A stretch of 64,000 bases of DNA from contig JAUWOR010000008.1 of assembly GCA_030612025.1 (NCBI GenBank), forward strand, positions 15,792 to 79,791, in the 5' to 3' direction. Below the pieces are notes generated by a model. It searched no databases, was not told where the DNA came from, and saw only the letters and a list, made by a program, of their open reading frames with translations. Source of the DNA: Dehalococcoidia bacterium (GTDB lineage: Bacteria; Chloroflexota; Dehalococcoidia; GIF9; AB-539-J10). Both the position numbers and the translations under genes were made by a program. Each line of letters opens with the position of its first letter. Within the stretch, counting starts at the first letter, position 1. Positions 37,460 through 45,654 of this stretch are shown in pieces.

Positions 37460-38018
37460 CGAGGTGCTGAAGATATTCAAAATGGCCGGGGCGATAAAGG
37501 AGGGTCATTTCCTCCTTGCCTCTGGATTGCATTCACCCATGTATTGGGAGAAGTTTCGAATCTTGCAATATCCGCACTATACTGAGAAGCTGTGCCATCT
37601 TATGGCGCAACATTTCAAAGACCAAAGAGTAGAACTGGTTGCCGGACCAACCACCGGAGGCATTATCATTGCTTTCGAAACTGCTCGGCAACTAGGAGTA
37701 CGGAGCATTTTTGCCGAAAAAGAAGGAGACACAAGGGTCTTTCGCCGTGACTTTACTATCACCCTCGGTGAGAGAGTCCTTATTGTGGACGACATCCTGA
37801 CCACAGGTGGCTCGATTAAGGAGACAATAAGCGCTGTTAGAAAACTTGGTGGCATCGTCATTGGTATCGGAGTGCTTGTCGACCGGAGCACAGAAAAGGT
37901 AGACTTTGGTGTGCCCCTTTTTAGCTGCCTCCGCTCTCCTACCACAGTTTATCCCGCTGAAGAATGCCCTCTCTGTGCTGCTAATATCCCTTTAATTAAG
38001 CCGGGCGCCCTAAAATAG
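37452..38018 (+). CDS. pyrE: orotate phosphoribosyltransferase
   Basis: GHFLLASGLHS and the VLIVDDILTTGGS PRPP motif. The TTG at 37452 is preceded by GGGAGGTG. The ORF-track start at 37410 lies inside lepB. Confidence 0.8.
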   Translation: MSDEVLKIFKMAGAIKEGHFLLASGLHSPMYWEKFRILQYPHYTEKLCHLMAQHFKDQRVELVAGPTTGGIIIAFETARQLGVRSIFAEKEGDTRVFRRDFTITLGERVLIVDDILTTGGSIKETISAVRKLGGIVIGIGVLVDRSTEKVDFGVPLFSCLRSPTTVYPAEECPLCAANIPLIKPGALK

Positions 38019-38037
38019 TGGATTGTTTGGCATTTCT

Positions 38038-38191
38038 CCCTGTCATTGCGAGCCCTTCGCTTTGTGTCATTCTGAGGGAGCAGAACGACCGAGGAATCTC
38101 GCTCAGGATAAACTCCGCGAAGAATCTCATAGCGCTCAGGACAGGCTCCGCGAAGAATCTAGAGACCCCCTCCCCTTATTCAGGGTGACAG
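38038..38191. repeat. composite REP-like repeat block with an internal ~33-nt tandem duplication
   Basis: CCCTGTCATTGCGAGCCCTTCGCTTTGTGTCATTCTGAGG.., then GCTCAGGATAAACTCCGCGAAGAATCT / GCTCAGGACAGGCTCCGCGAAGAATCT, ending ..CAGGGTGACAG. Confidence 0.65.
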
Positions 38192-38253
38192 TAAAAACCT
38201 ACAAACCTAGCTTGCTTGACAGCGAAGGGAGGAAAACCTAGAATATCCGTACA

Positions 38254-38326
<73 letters not shown>

Positions 38327-38335
38327 CTTTGAAAT

Positions 38336-38410
38336 GCGGAAGTAGTTCAGCGGTAGAATGCTTCCTTGCCAAGGAAGAGGTCGCGAGTTCGAATCTCGTC
38401 TTCCGCTCCA
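38336..38410 (+). tRNA. tRNA-Gly(GCC), encoded CCA
   Basis: GCGGAAGTAGTTCAGCGGTAGAATGCTTCCTTGCCAAGGAAG..GAGTTCGAATCTCGTCTTCCGCTCCA. Confidence 0.85.
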
Positions 38411-38429
38411 TCTGAAAGGGGGTAAACGC

Positions 38430-38514
38430 GCCGAAGTGGCGGAATGGTAGACGCGGCAGTCTCAAAAACTGTTGGGAGGCAACTCCCGTGTCGGTTCGAA
38501 TCCGACCTTCGGCA
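38430..38514 (+). tRNA. tRNA-Leu(CAA), long variable arm
   Basis: GCCGAAGTGGCGGAATGGTAGACGCGGCAGTCTCAAAAACTGT..GTCGGTTCGAATCCGACCTTCGGCA. Confidence 0.8.
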
Positions 38515-38522
38515 GTAAGCAA

Positions 38523-38593
38523 TGCCGGGTTGTGTAGCGGTAGCACGAAGGACTTTGGATCCTTTAGCCCTGGTTCGAATCCAGGCCCGGCAG
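38523..38593 (+). tRNA. tRNA-Gln(TTG)
   Basis: TGCCGGGTTGTGTAGCGGTAGCACGAAGGACTTTGGATCCTT..CCTGGTTCGAATCCAGGCCCGGCAG, with a U1-A72 pair. Confidence 0.8.
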
Positions 38594-38618
38594 CTCTTTT
38601 GGCCTGTTAGAAAAGGAG

Positions 38619-38819
38619 GTGGAAATGGAAATAAGCTTGGCCCGGCGGAAGTTGCCACCGGTTCCTGGGCTTCCCAAAGTGGAATTGCCTGAAGTGGTGG
38701 TCAGACTACCTGGGAAGATAGAGGCAAAATGGGAGGAGTTGGAATTGGTATCAATAGAATTTTGCCCCGCCGCCCCTAAGGGCACTAAGTTTATCTTTAA
38801 GGAAAAACGAACCCAATAG
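38619..38819 (+). CDS. 66-aa hypothetical protein embedded in the tRNA cluster
   Basis: AAGGAGGTGGAA precedes the ATG. The ORF exactly fills the gap between tRNA-Gln and tRNA-Asn. Confidence 0.45.
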   Translation: MEMEISLARRKLPPVPGLPKVELPEVVVRLPGKIEAKWEELELVSIEFCPAAPKGTKFIFKEKRTQ

Positions 38820-38825
38820 CTTTGT

Positions 38826-38900
38826 TCCCTGGTAGCTCAATGGTAGAGCAGGCGGCTGTTAACTGCAAGGTTGTAGGTTCGAATCCTACCCGGGGAGCCA
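38826..38900 (+). tRNA. tRNA-Asn(GTT), encoded CCA
   Basis: TCCCTGGTAGCTCAATGGTAGAGCAGGCGGCTGTTAACTGCAAGG..GTAGGTTCGAATCCTACCCGGGGAGCCA. One mismatch in the anticodon stem. Confidence 0.75.
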
Positions 38901-38912
38901 CCTTCGAATTAA

Positions 38913-40058
38913 CTAGTAGGAATCTCTATAAATCTGGGCTACGGCAGGAGCATCAAGCAAATTAGGGTGTTTACTAAGCCAAGGAGCTGTCCTCACGGCA
39001 CAATCTGCCATTTCTTCGATACGCTGAGGTTCGATGCCCAAAGCTCGCAAACTGAGTTTCATCCCCACCTTATCCAACCACCCTTCGACTGCAGCTATCC
39101 CATCTGTCTCAGCAAAAACATTTCTGCCCAAGGAATTAAACCTATCTTGCCGTACAGGAAAAGTATACCTCATCCAAGCAGGAAGCAGTGCCGCCAGTCC
39201 ATCACCATGGGCAATATCATAGTACCCACTTAGAGAAAGCTCAATACCATGAAGAGTCAGATAGCCGGCACCACTTCCCAGATGTCTAACCGGTGAACAG
39301 GCAATGGTACTGGCCCAAGAAAGCTTGGTACGAAACTCAATATCGTCCAGCTTGCTCAGTGCTCTAGGTAAAGTCTCCACCACCAGCTTCATCACCGTTT
39401 CCAAAATTCCATCGGTCAGAGGAGATGCTCTCTCTGTTGTAATATAGCATTCGCCTACATGGCAAAAAATATCCACTCCTCCCTGCGCTGTTGGCTTCTG
39501 AGGAAGGGTAAGCGTCAGTTCAGGGTCTACAATGGAAACCTTGGAAAAGAAAGCCGGACTAAATAACACCCGCTTCTCATGAGTTTCCCAGTTAGTAATC
39601 ACGGCAGCATTATTGGCTTCAGAGCCGCTGGCAGCCACAGTCGGTACCAGCACAAGAGGTAATAAAGGTTCCACTACTTCAATATCCTCAGCTCCAATAT
39701 AATAATCCCAAATTGGTTTACCGCCACTGCTAGCTAATGCCATGCACTTGGCTGTGTCCATAGCGCTGCCGCCGCCAAGACCAATGATTAAGTCCACCCC
39801 CTTTTGGCGAACCAATCTAGCCCCCTCATCCACAGTAGAGGCACGAGGGTTAGACACTACTTTATCAAAAATGCAGACCTCCAGACCGTTGTTCTCCAAG
39901 TCTCGGGTTACCTTATCTAGTAACCCTGTTTGTCGCGCACTGTGGGAACCAGTTACCAGCACAACCCGCCTGCCCAATCTTCTCACCTCTGCTCCCAACC
40001 TCGTCACACATCCTGAGCCAAAGATAATCTTAGTGGGTAGATATAAAGTGGTTACCAT
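38913..40058 (-). CDS. iron-containing (group III) alcohol dehydrogenase
   Basis: GLGGGSAMDTAK motif. 381 aa. Confidence 0.85.
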   Translation of the reverse strand: MVTTLYLPTKIIFGSGCVTRLGAEVRRLGRRVVLVTGSHSARQTGLLDKVTRDLENNGLEVCIFDKVVSNPRASTVDEGARLVRQKGVDLIIGLGGGSAMDTAKCMALASSGGKPIWDYYIGAEDIEVVEPLLPLVLVPTVAASGSEANNAAVITNWETHEKRVLFSPAFFSKVSIVDPELTLTLPQKPTAQGGVDIFCHVGECYITTERASPLTDGILETVMKLVVETLPRALSKLDDIEFRTKLSWASTIACSPVRHLGSGAGYLTLHGIELSLSGYYDIAHGDGLAALLPAWMRYTFPVRQDRFNSLGRNVFAETDGIAAVEGWLDKVGMKLSLRALGIEPQRIEEMADCAVRTAPWLSKHPNLLDAPAVAQIYRDSY

Positions 40059-40293
40059 AAGACGCCTCCTGAGAAAGTATCAGCTACATAAATAATACTT
40101 CAAAAGAGAATTATATCATGTTACCTACACCATCAAGTTTGCGAACGAAATAAGTGGTGGAACCAAATACAGTGAAGTAGCATCTGCTCCACCCAGTGGA
40201 GGTAACCATTACAGTACATGTTCAGCCCTCAGTTGCGCCGCTTGTAGAAGATAGTTTCCGCTTAGCCGCTGAAACTAGGGGCTGCCACAATGA

Positions 40294-41130
40294 CTAGCGC
40301 AACAAGAATAGACTGATAGCCATCACCAGCATGCCAGTTCCCAGCCCTAGGAGCACAAGATGCTCCTTGCCATATCGGTGAGCCAAGGGGAGTATTTCAT
40401 CTAAACTTATGAACACCATTATGCCAGCTACGAAGGCCAGCATGCTTGATAGGAGTGTTGGGGTCAAGAAGGAGTATAGAATCCCATAGCCGACGAGAGC
40501 CCCCACAGGCTCAGCTACACCTGACAAGAATGAGTATGTGAAAGCTTTGCGACGACTGCCCGTAGCATAGAAGATAGGCACCGCTACTGCAATACCCTCA
40601 GGAACGTTGTGAATGGCAATAGCCACAGCTATCGTTATTCCAAGGGCAACATCTCCAGTAGCTGCAGCGCAGAAGGTAGCCAGCCCTTCTGGAAAGTTAT
40701 GAATAGCAATACCAAGTGCAATAAGAACGCCAGACCTCATAAGGGATGACTTTGATGGAGTTGTAAGTTGTGGAGGCAAACCCGAGATCTCCCGCTGCCC
40801 TAGTTCATCGATATTTTGAGGAGCTTTTTCTACACGCTCCTCTTTATACTCATGGGGGACAAATGTATCTATTAGCGCAATGAAGCCGATGCCAAGGAAA
40901 AATGCTATGTTGGCTCTGGCAAAACCAACATCCGCGATAGCTGTCCCCAGGAGTTCGGTAAAGGAAATATATATCATCACACCGGCGGAGAACCCTAGCG
41001 CCACAGCCAAGTAGGAGTATTTAGGCGTCCGTATGAAGAAGGCAATGGTGCTACCTATCCCGGTGGATAAGCCAGCCAGGGTAGTGAGCAGTATGGCAAA
41101 TGATAGATTAATTTCCATGACATGACTCAA
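40294..41130 (-). CDS. zupT: ZIP family metal (zinc) transporter
   Basis: HNFPEGLA and HNVPEGIAVA motifs. 278 aa, multi-TM. Confidence 0.8.
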   Translation of the reverse strand: MSHVMEINLSFAILLTTLAGLSTGIGSTIAFFIRTPKYSYLAVALGFSAGVMIYISFTELLGTAIADVGFARANIAFFLGIGFIALIDTFVPHEYKEERVEKAPQNIDELGQREISGLPPQLTTPSKSSLMRSGVLIALGIAIHNFPEGLATFCAAATGDVALGITIAVAIAIHNVPEGIAVAVPIFYATGSRRKAFTYSFLSGVAEPVGALVGYGILYSFLTPTLLSSMLAFVAGIMVFISLDEILPLAHRYGKEHLVLLGLGTGMLVMAISLFLLR

Positions 41131-41145
41131 TCAACCGCATCCTAT

Positions 41146-41712
41146 TTAAACCACTTTGGTATTTGCTAATTTTGCTATTTTCCTAAAGTTAAGCAGGTGA
41201 CCCTTTTGCTCTTTCAAAGAGAATAAACCTGTTGCTTCCATAATCTCTAGAATTCTATCTCTCTTCATACGAAAGCAAAAACGTGTAGAAAGGTATCCAT
41301 TTGGTTTCAAAACTCTATACAATTCTTTTAGTAAAGGCTCCTTACTCTCAATTTCAGGCAGCACTCCATATAGCAAAATGATGTCTACACTTTCACCAGG
41401 TAATCCAGTATTCCCATCAGATAATATCGTATCTATATTACGAACCCCCCCCATTTGAACTCTTTCTTCCACCTTTTTTATAGCTGATGGTTGCCTATCC
41501 AAAGCATAAACTTTTCCTTTCTTACCTACCAAACTGGCGACAGGGAGAGTGTAAGACCCAATGCCACACCCGTAATCCAATATTTTCTGCCCCACTTCAA
41601 TATTTAGTCTGTTTAGTTCTTCTTCTGGTTTGAAGGGAATACCAAATTTATCTCTTAACCCTAAAAGGAAATACTCTATTCTAGATTTGATATCAAGATT
41701 TCTCATATACAT
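41146..41712 (-). CDS. class I SAM-dependent methyltransferase
   Basis: ILDYGCGIGSY motif I. 188 aa. Confidence 0.75.
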   Translation of the reverse strand: MYMRNLDIKSRIEYFLLGLRDKFGIPFKPEEELNRLNIEVGQKILDYGCGIGSYTLPVASLVGKKGKVYALDRQPSAIKKVEERVQMGGVRNIDTILSDGNTGLPGESVDIILLYGVLPEIESKEPLLKELYRVLKPNGYLSTRFCFRMKRDRILEIMEATGLFSLKEQKGHLLNFRKIAKLANTKVV

Positions 41713-41844
41713 GTTAAACAGAGTCGTGATGCTATGCTGACAATTCCCCTCCCGATTAAAGCACCGGCGATATAGGTGTTAATTCTATATCCATAATATG
41801 GCTTCCCCAGGTTCTCTTTCATGTGTATTACAACCCCTTTCCCT

Positions 41845-44085
41845 TTATGCCCGCCTATCTACAATTATCCTGAGCAAGGCAGGCAGGAATATGATGGCGC
41901 CAAAGAAGCAAAGGCTCAACCCAATAATGGGGATGAGGCTCAAGGACCTCATTGAGGGGTGGCTGGAGAAAAGGAACGAGGAAAATGCCAGACAGGTGGT
42001 GGCCGTGGTAAGGAATATAGCCTTCCCCGTGAGTTGTATAACTTGAGGCAGTGAACCCTTACCCTCTTCTAAGTAGCGGTGAACGATGTGAATGCCATCA
42101 TCTATTCCTATTCCGATGACCAAAGGTATCATGCTAATCGAAGAAACGTTCAGATTGGCACCAAACCACTGGTAAGTTCCCAGGAGCCCAAGTACGCCAA
42201 AGGCAACTGGAACCATGGAAAGCAGGGCGTAGACCGGACTACGCCGCCTGGTCCCAAAGTAAACGATGAGGACAAGCATCCCGGAAGCCATCAAGGAGAC
42301 GCGGATTACATCTGTGGTCATCACGGTAAGCAACTTGGTCCAGAGTACAGCGCTAGCAGTAACATCAGGGTGAATCTCACGTAGATCAGCGAGTAGCTTT
42401 CTCTGGTACGATTTATCATACAGGTCATCATCGGGGATTATCCTTATCAAGAACTCCCCCTCATCGGAAACCCACGAGCGGGAGATTTCGTTTGGTAGCT
42501 CCTTATAGCTCATCGGTGTTACCTCTATCCCGGGCACAGTGGCAAGTTCAGGATGAAGCCTAACAGCTTGCTTAATGGCCTCCAGCTTTTGGTCCTGATT
42601 TTCGGGTAGGTAATCGAGAATGGATTCTACCTTCAGAACCCCATCCACATTCTGAAATTCCCTGACACAGCGGTTGAGTTCCCGCTGCCCTTTAACTACA
42701 CAGGTAAGCTGCTCAGGGTCATAGTCAAAATTCTCCTTGACCTTCTCAAGCTGTTGGTAGGTCTCAACCTGAGTCGGCATGAGTTCATACATACTCTCAC
42801 TCAATTTGGCACTGGGCGCCCTGATACCGAATAAGACAAAGAGGGCAACCAGGATTACCAGAATTCCCGGAGCAAAGCGCTGTATTTGCACACCGAGCAC
42901 TCTGAGAATATTGGATCTTGTGCGCTTAAGTTTGAACCGGCCAAATTTAAGCCTCAAGACAACCAGGGCAGGAAGCAGGACGAATACCGCCACCAGGGTC
43001 AGGGGCAAACCGATGGCGCCGATGACGCCTAACTGATGTAGCGCTTTGGTCTCGGCAAAGTAAAAGGAGAAAAATGCTGCTGCCGTGGTGAGACAACCCA
43101 GAATAACCGCCTTCCCAGTGTGGACAAAGGTATGCTCAAAGGCAAGGGTGACATTATCGTGCTCCTCCATCTCACCCATAAACCTCGTCAGTAAGTGGAT
43201 ACAGAAGTCGATACCAAGGCCCAATAGCAGGACGGCAAACGCAGCAGAGAGTGCATTGAGAGAGTCATATACGAGGAATATCACCCCCGATGTCCAGATT
43301 ATTCCGATGAGCAGCGGGATGGCGGACAGAAGCGGTAGAGACAGGCTTCTGAAAGAGACGAAAAGGAGAATTAAGATGAGTATCAAGGTGATAAACGCTG
43401 TGAGGTAAATGTCTTGCATAGCCAGCTTGTCACCTTCGTAATCGATGACCATCAGACCGCCAGTAAAGCCTACATTGAGGGCTTCATAGTCTTTATCCTC
43501 CCCCCTGGTTTCGGTGATAAGCCTCCCCAGGTCGTCGAGGAGATAATTCCTCTCCAGAGGATTCTCCATGTCTATGGTGAAGCCCATAGTGACGAGGTAA
43601 ATCTTCTTGTTATCCGAGACGATATATTCTGAGAGAGTTGCCTTTTCCAGCGTAGCGGTTGGTAAAGCCCCGAGTATTTCTGGTGCGGCACGAGGGTCCG
43701 TCAGGGCGGCAAATTGCTCCTCCGGCAGGTAGAGAATTCCCTTTTCGGCGGCAAAGCTGAGGTCTTTTTTATATTGAATATCCTCCCAGCGGCTGTCCTT
43801 TTCTAATTTCTTTACCAGCGTCTTGGCATACGCCTTGGCGGTGTAAGCATTTGAGTCTGAACAGTCTATGACCACCACTACCATATTAGACCCTCCAAAT
43901 CGCTCTTCAACTGCCTCGGCCGCGAGGAAATCGGGGTCATCCGACTCGAAGTATCCCTCCATGCTGGTATCTATGGTGAAATTTGAAGCCGGAATAGCAG
44001 CCAGTATGGTTATGCCAAGCACGACCGCCATCGTCTTTACCGGATGGCGGGTCGTCTTCTTCACCAGCCTTTCGAGAATATTCAT
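41845..44085 (-). CDS. RND-superfamily / MMPL-type transporter
   Basis: 746 aa with two 6-TM bundles, each preceded by a large extracytoplasmic loop. Lies downstream of the adaptor gene. Confidence 0.8.
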   Translation of the reverse strand: MNILERLVKKTTRHPVKTMAVVLGITILAAIPASNFTIDTSMEGYFESDDPDFLAAEAVEERFGGSNMVVVVIDCSDSNAYTAKAYAKTLVKKLEKDSRWEDIQYKKDLSFAAEKGILYLPEEQFAALTDPRAAPEILGALPTATLEKATLSEYIVSDNKKIYLVTMGFTIDMENPLERNYLLDDLGRLITETRGEDKDYEALNVGFTGGLMVIDYEGDKLAMQDIYLTAFITLILILILLFVSFRSLSLPLLSAIPLLIGIIWTSGVIFLVYDSLNALSAAFAVLLLGLGIDFCIHLLTRFMGEMEEHDNVTLAFEHTFVHTGKAVILGCLTTAAAFFSFYFAETKALHQLGVIGAIGLPLTLVAVFVLLPALVVLRLKFGRFKLKRTRSNILRVLGVQIQRFAPGILVILVALFVLFGIRAPSAKLSESMYELMPTQVETYQQLEKVKENFDYDPEQLTCVVKGQRELNRCVREFQNVDGVLKVESILDYLPENQDQKLEAIKQAVRLHPELATVPGIEVTPMSYKELPNEISRSWVSDEGEFLIRIIPDDDLYDKSYQRKLLADLREIHPDVTASAVLWTKLLTVMTTDVIRVSLMASGMLVLIVYFGTRRRSPVYALLSMVPVAFGVLGLLGTYQWFGANLNVSSISMIPLVIGIGIDDGIHIVHRYLEEGKGSLPQVIQLTGKAIFLTTATTCLAFSSFLFSSHPSMRSLSLIPIIGLSLCFFGAIIFLPALLRIIVDRRA

Positions 44086-44206
44086 CTGTTACCCGTGTCA
44101 AGAAATATAGGTGCCTTATCCTCTAAGAGCCATAACCCCCGTGCACCCTGTTTCCTCTACCTCAATTACGTCATGCTACACAACTATTTCCTACCTTAAA
44201 AGGGAA

Positions 44207-45406
44207 TTAAATCACAGGAAGTACAACTTCTTCTCCCTCTTTTAGCCCGGACAGAACTTCAGTATATGTGCCATCGCTTAAACCCAGAGTAACTTGCCTC
44301 TTCTCAGTCTCATCGTCGGTGACAACTTCCACCCAGGGTTTTTCCAGAGACCCTTGAATAGCTCGATTGGGTATCAGCAATACATTATCACAGCGGTTAG
44401 TGATAATTTCAGCACTGGCGCTCATGCCATCTTTAAGTTTTTCATCAGGATTCTGCAAAGTTATGGTAATTTTGTAAGACACCTCATCTTCCCAAACTTT
44501 GCCCGTTGGGGAGATGAAAGTTACCTTCCCTTTTACTTTTTTATCAGGCAAAGCAATCAAGGTAATAATGGCTTCCTGCCCTAGCTTCACCCTGGAAATG
44601 TCTATCTCGTCAATTTCACCACTCATTTCCACTTCATTGGGGTCAACCAAGTAGATTGCTGGACTGCTGTATGTCATAGCCGAAAGCTGCTGCCCTTCAT
44701 CTATATAAACATCGGCTATGATGCCATCGAAAGGAGCAATAATTGTCGCTTTGGCTAGCTCCAGCTCAACCACGGCTAACTCTAGCTTCGCCATATCCAG
44801 AGCTGCTCTGGCTTCATCTGTCTGCAGCTCAGCCAATTTAACGGAGAGAGGCAGCGCCCATCTTCTAGCGTGTGATTTTTTCTGTGCCGTGGATGTGCTC
44901 TCCCCGACTAACTCCAGTAAAGCTTGTGCTCTCTCAATTTCCCCTTGCTCTAAAAGCTCTTGAGCTTCCTCTAAGTTATTCTGGATTTCCTCTAAAGCTC
45001 GCCAGACCCCAGGCACGTCAATGGCATAAGTATTAGTATAATGTGGATAGATTGTTCGCATAAGGTTATTTTCAGCCATTTCGTAATTAGCTTGAGCCAT
45101 TTCGCACCCAGCCTGAGCCATCTCTACTTTTAGTTCTAAAGGGCAAATATCGAGCTTGGCTAATACTTGACCCTCGATTACCTTATCCCCCTTTTCCACC
45201 AGTATCTCGTCTACCTCTCCCATAGTGCCAAATGGTAAGTACTCCTTATGACGCATTTTTAAATTGCCTTCTTTAGCAGAGACACTTATTATTAAATCGC
45301 CCCGAGTAACTTCAGCGGTTTGCAAAGGCATTTCTTGCTGGGCGCATCCGGCTAAAATTGAGCCAACCAAACACATCGCTATTATTGAAATTAACCATTT
45401 TTTCAT
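44207..45406 (-). CDS. efflux periplasmic adaptor (HlyD/MFP family) lipoprotein
   Basis: Lipobox ILAGCAQ, a coiled-coil hairpin and a beta-barrel C-terminal region. Confidence 0.8.
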   Translation of the reverse strand: MKKWLISIIAMCLVGSILAGCAQQEMPLQTAEVTRGDLIISVSAKEGNLKMRHKEYLPFGTMGEVDEILVEKGDKVIEGQVLAKLDICPLELKVEMAQAGCEMAQANYEMAENNLMRTIYPHYTNTYAIDVPGVWRALEEIQNNLEEAQELLEQGEIERAQALLELVGESTSTAQKKSHARRWALPLSVKLAELQTDEARAALDMAKLELAVVELELAKATIIAPFDGIIADVYIDEGQQLSAMTYSSPAIYLVDPNEVEMSGEIDEIDISRVKLGQEAIITLIALPDKKVKGKVTFISPTGKVWEDEVSYKITITLQNPDEKLKDGMSASAEIITNRCDNVLLIPNRAIQGSLEKPWVEVVTDDETEKRQVTLGLSDGTYTEVLSGLKEGEEVVLPVI

Positions 45407-45528
45407 TTAATCAGCCTCCTCTTTGGAAACGTCTCCATTTTACTGCCACCGCCAAAGCTCGACAAGACCGGTAACCACACCATAAATAGAGATACTAAAA
45501 GAAACACCTCCAAAACAATTATGCTCAT
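45403..45528 (-). CDS. 41-aa hydrophobic peptide, translationally coupled to the adaptor gene
   Basis: Not in the ORF track. GAGGAGGG SD 4 nt upstream of the ATG. Translation: MSIIVLEVFLLVSLFMVWLPVLSSFGGGSKMETFPKRRLIK. Its TGA overlaps the adaptor ATG (ATGA). Confidence 0.4.
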   Translation of the reverse strand: MSIIVLEVFLLVSLFMVWLPVLSSFGGGSKMETFPKRRLIK

Positions 45529-45654
45529 TGGCCCTCCTCTTATTATTCATTTGGAATAACTTTCCACCACATCATTATTGCGCTGCTTTTTGTTTCATAC
45601 ACGCCATCCTACAACTTCTCCAGGCCAAAAAGAAAACGCTGTAAGCCCCCTGTT

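Noticed and set aside
41704-41822. 39-aa minus-strand ORF (MKENLGKPYYGYRINTYIAGALIGRGIVSIASRLCLTCI) overlapping the methyltransferase start.
   Set aside because: It has only a weak, distant SD-like sequence and no recognisable features. It could be the remnant of a longer N-terminus, and the support is insufficient to call.
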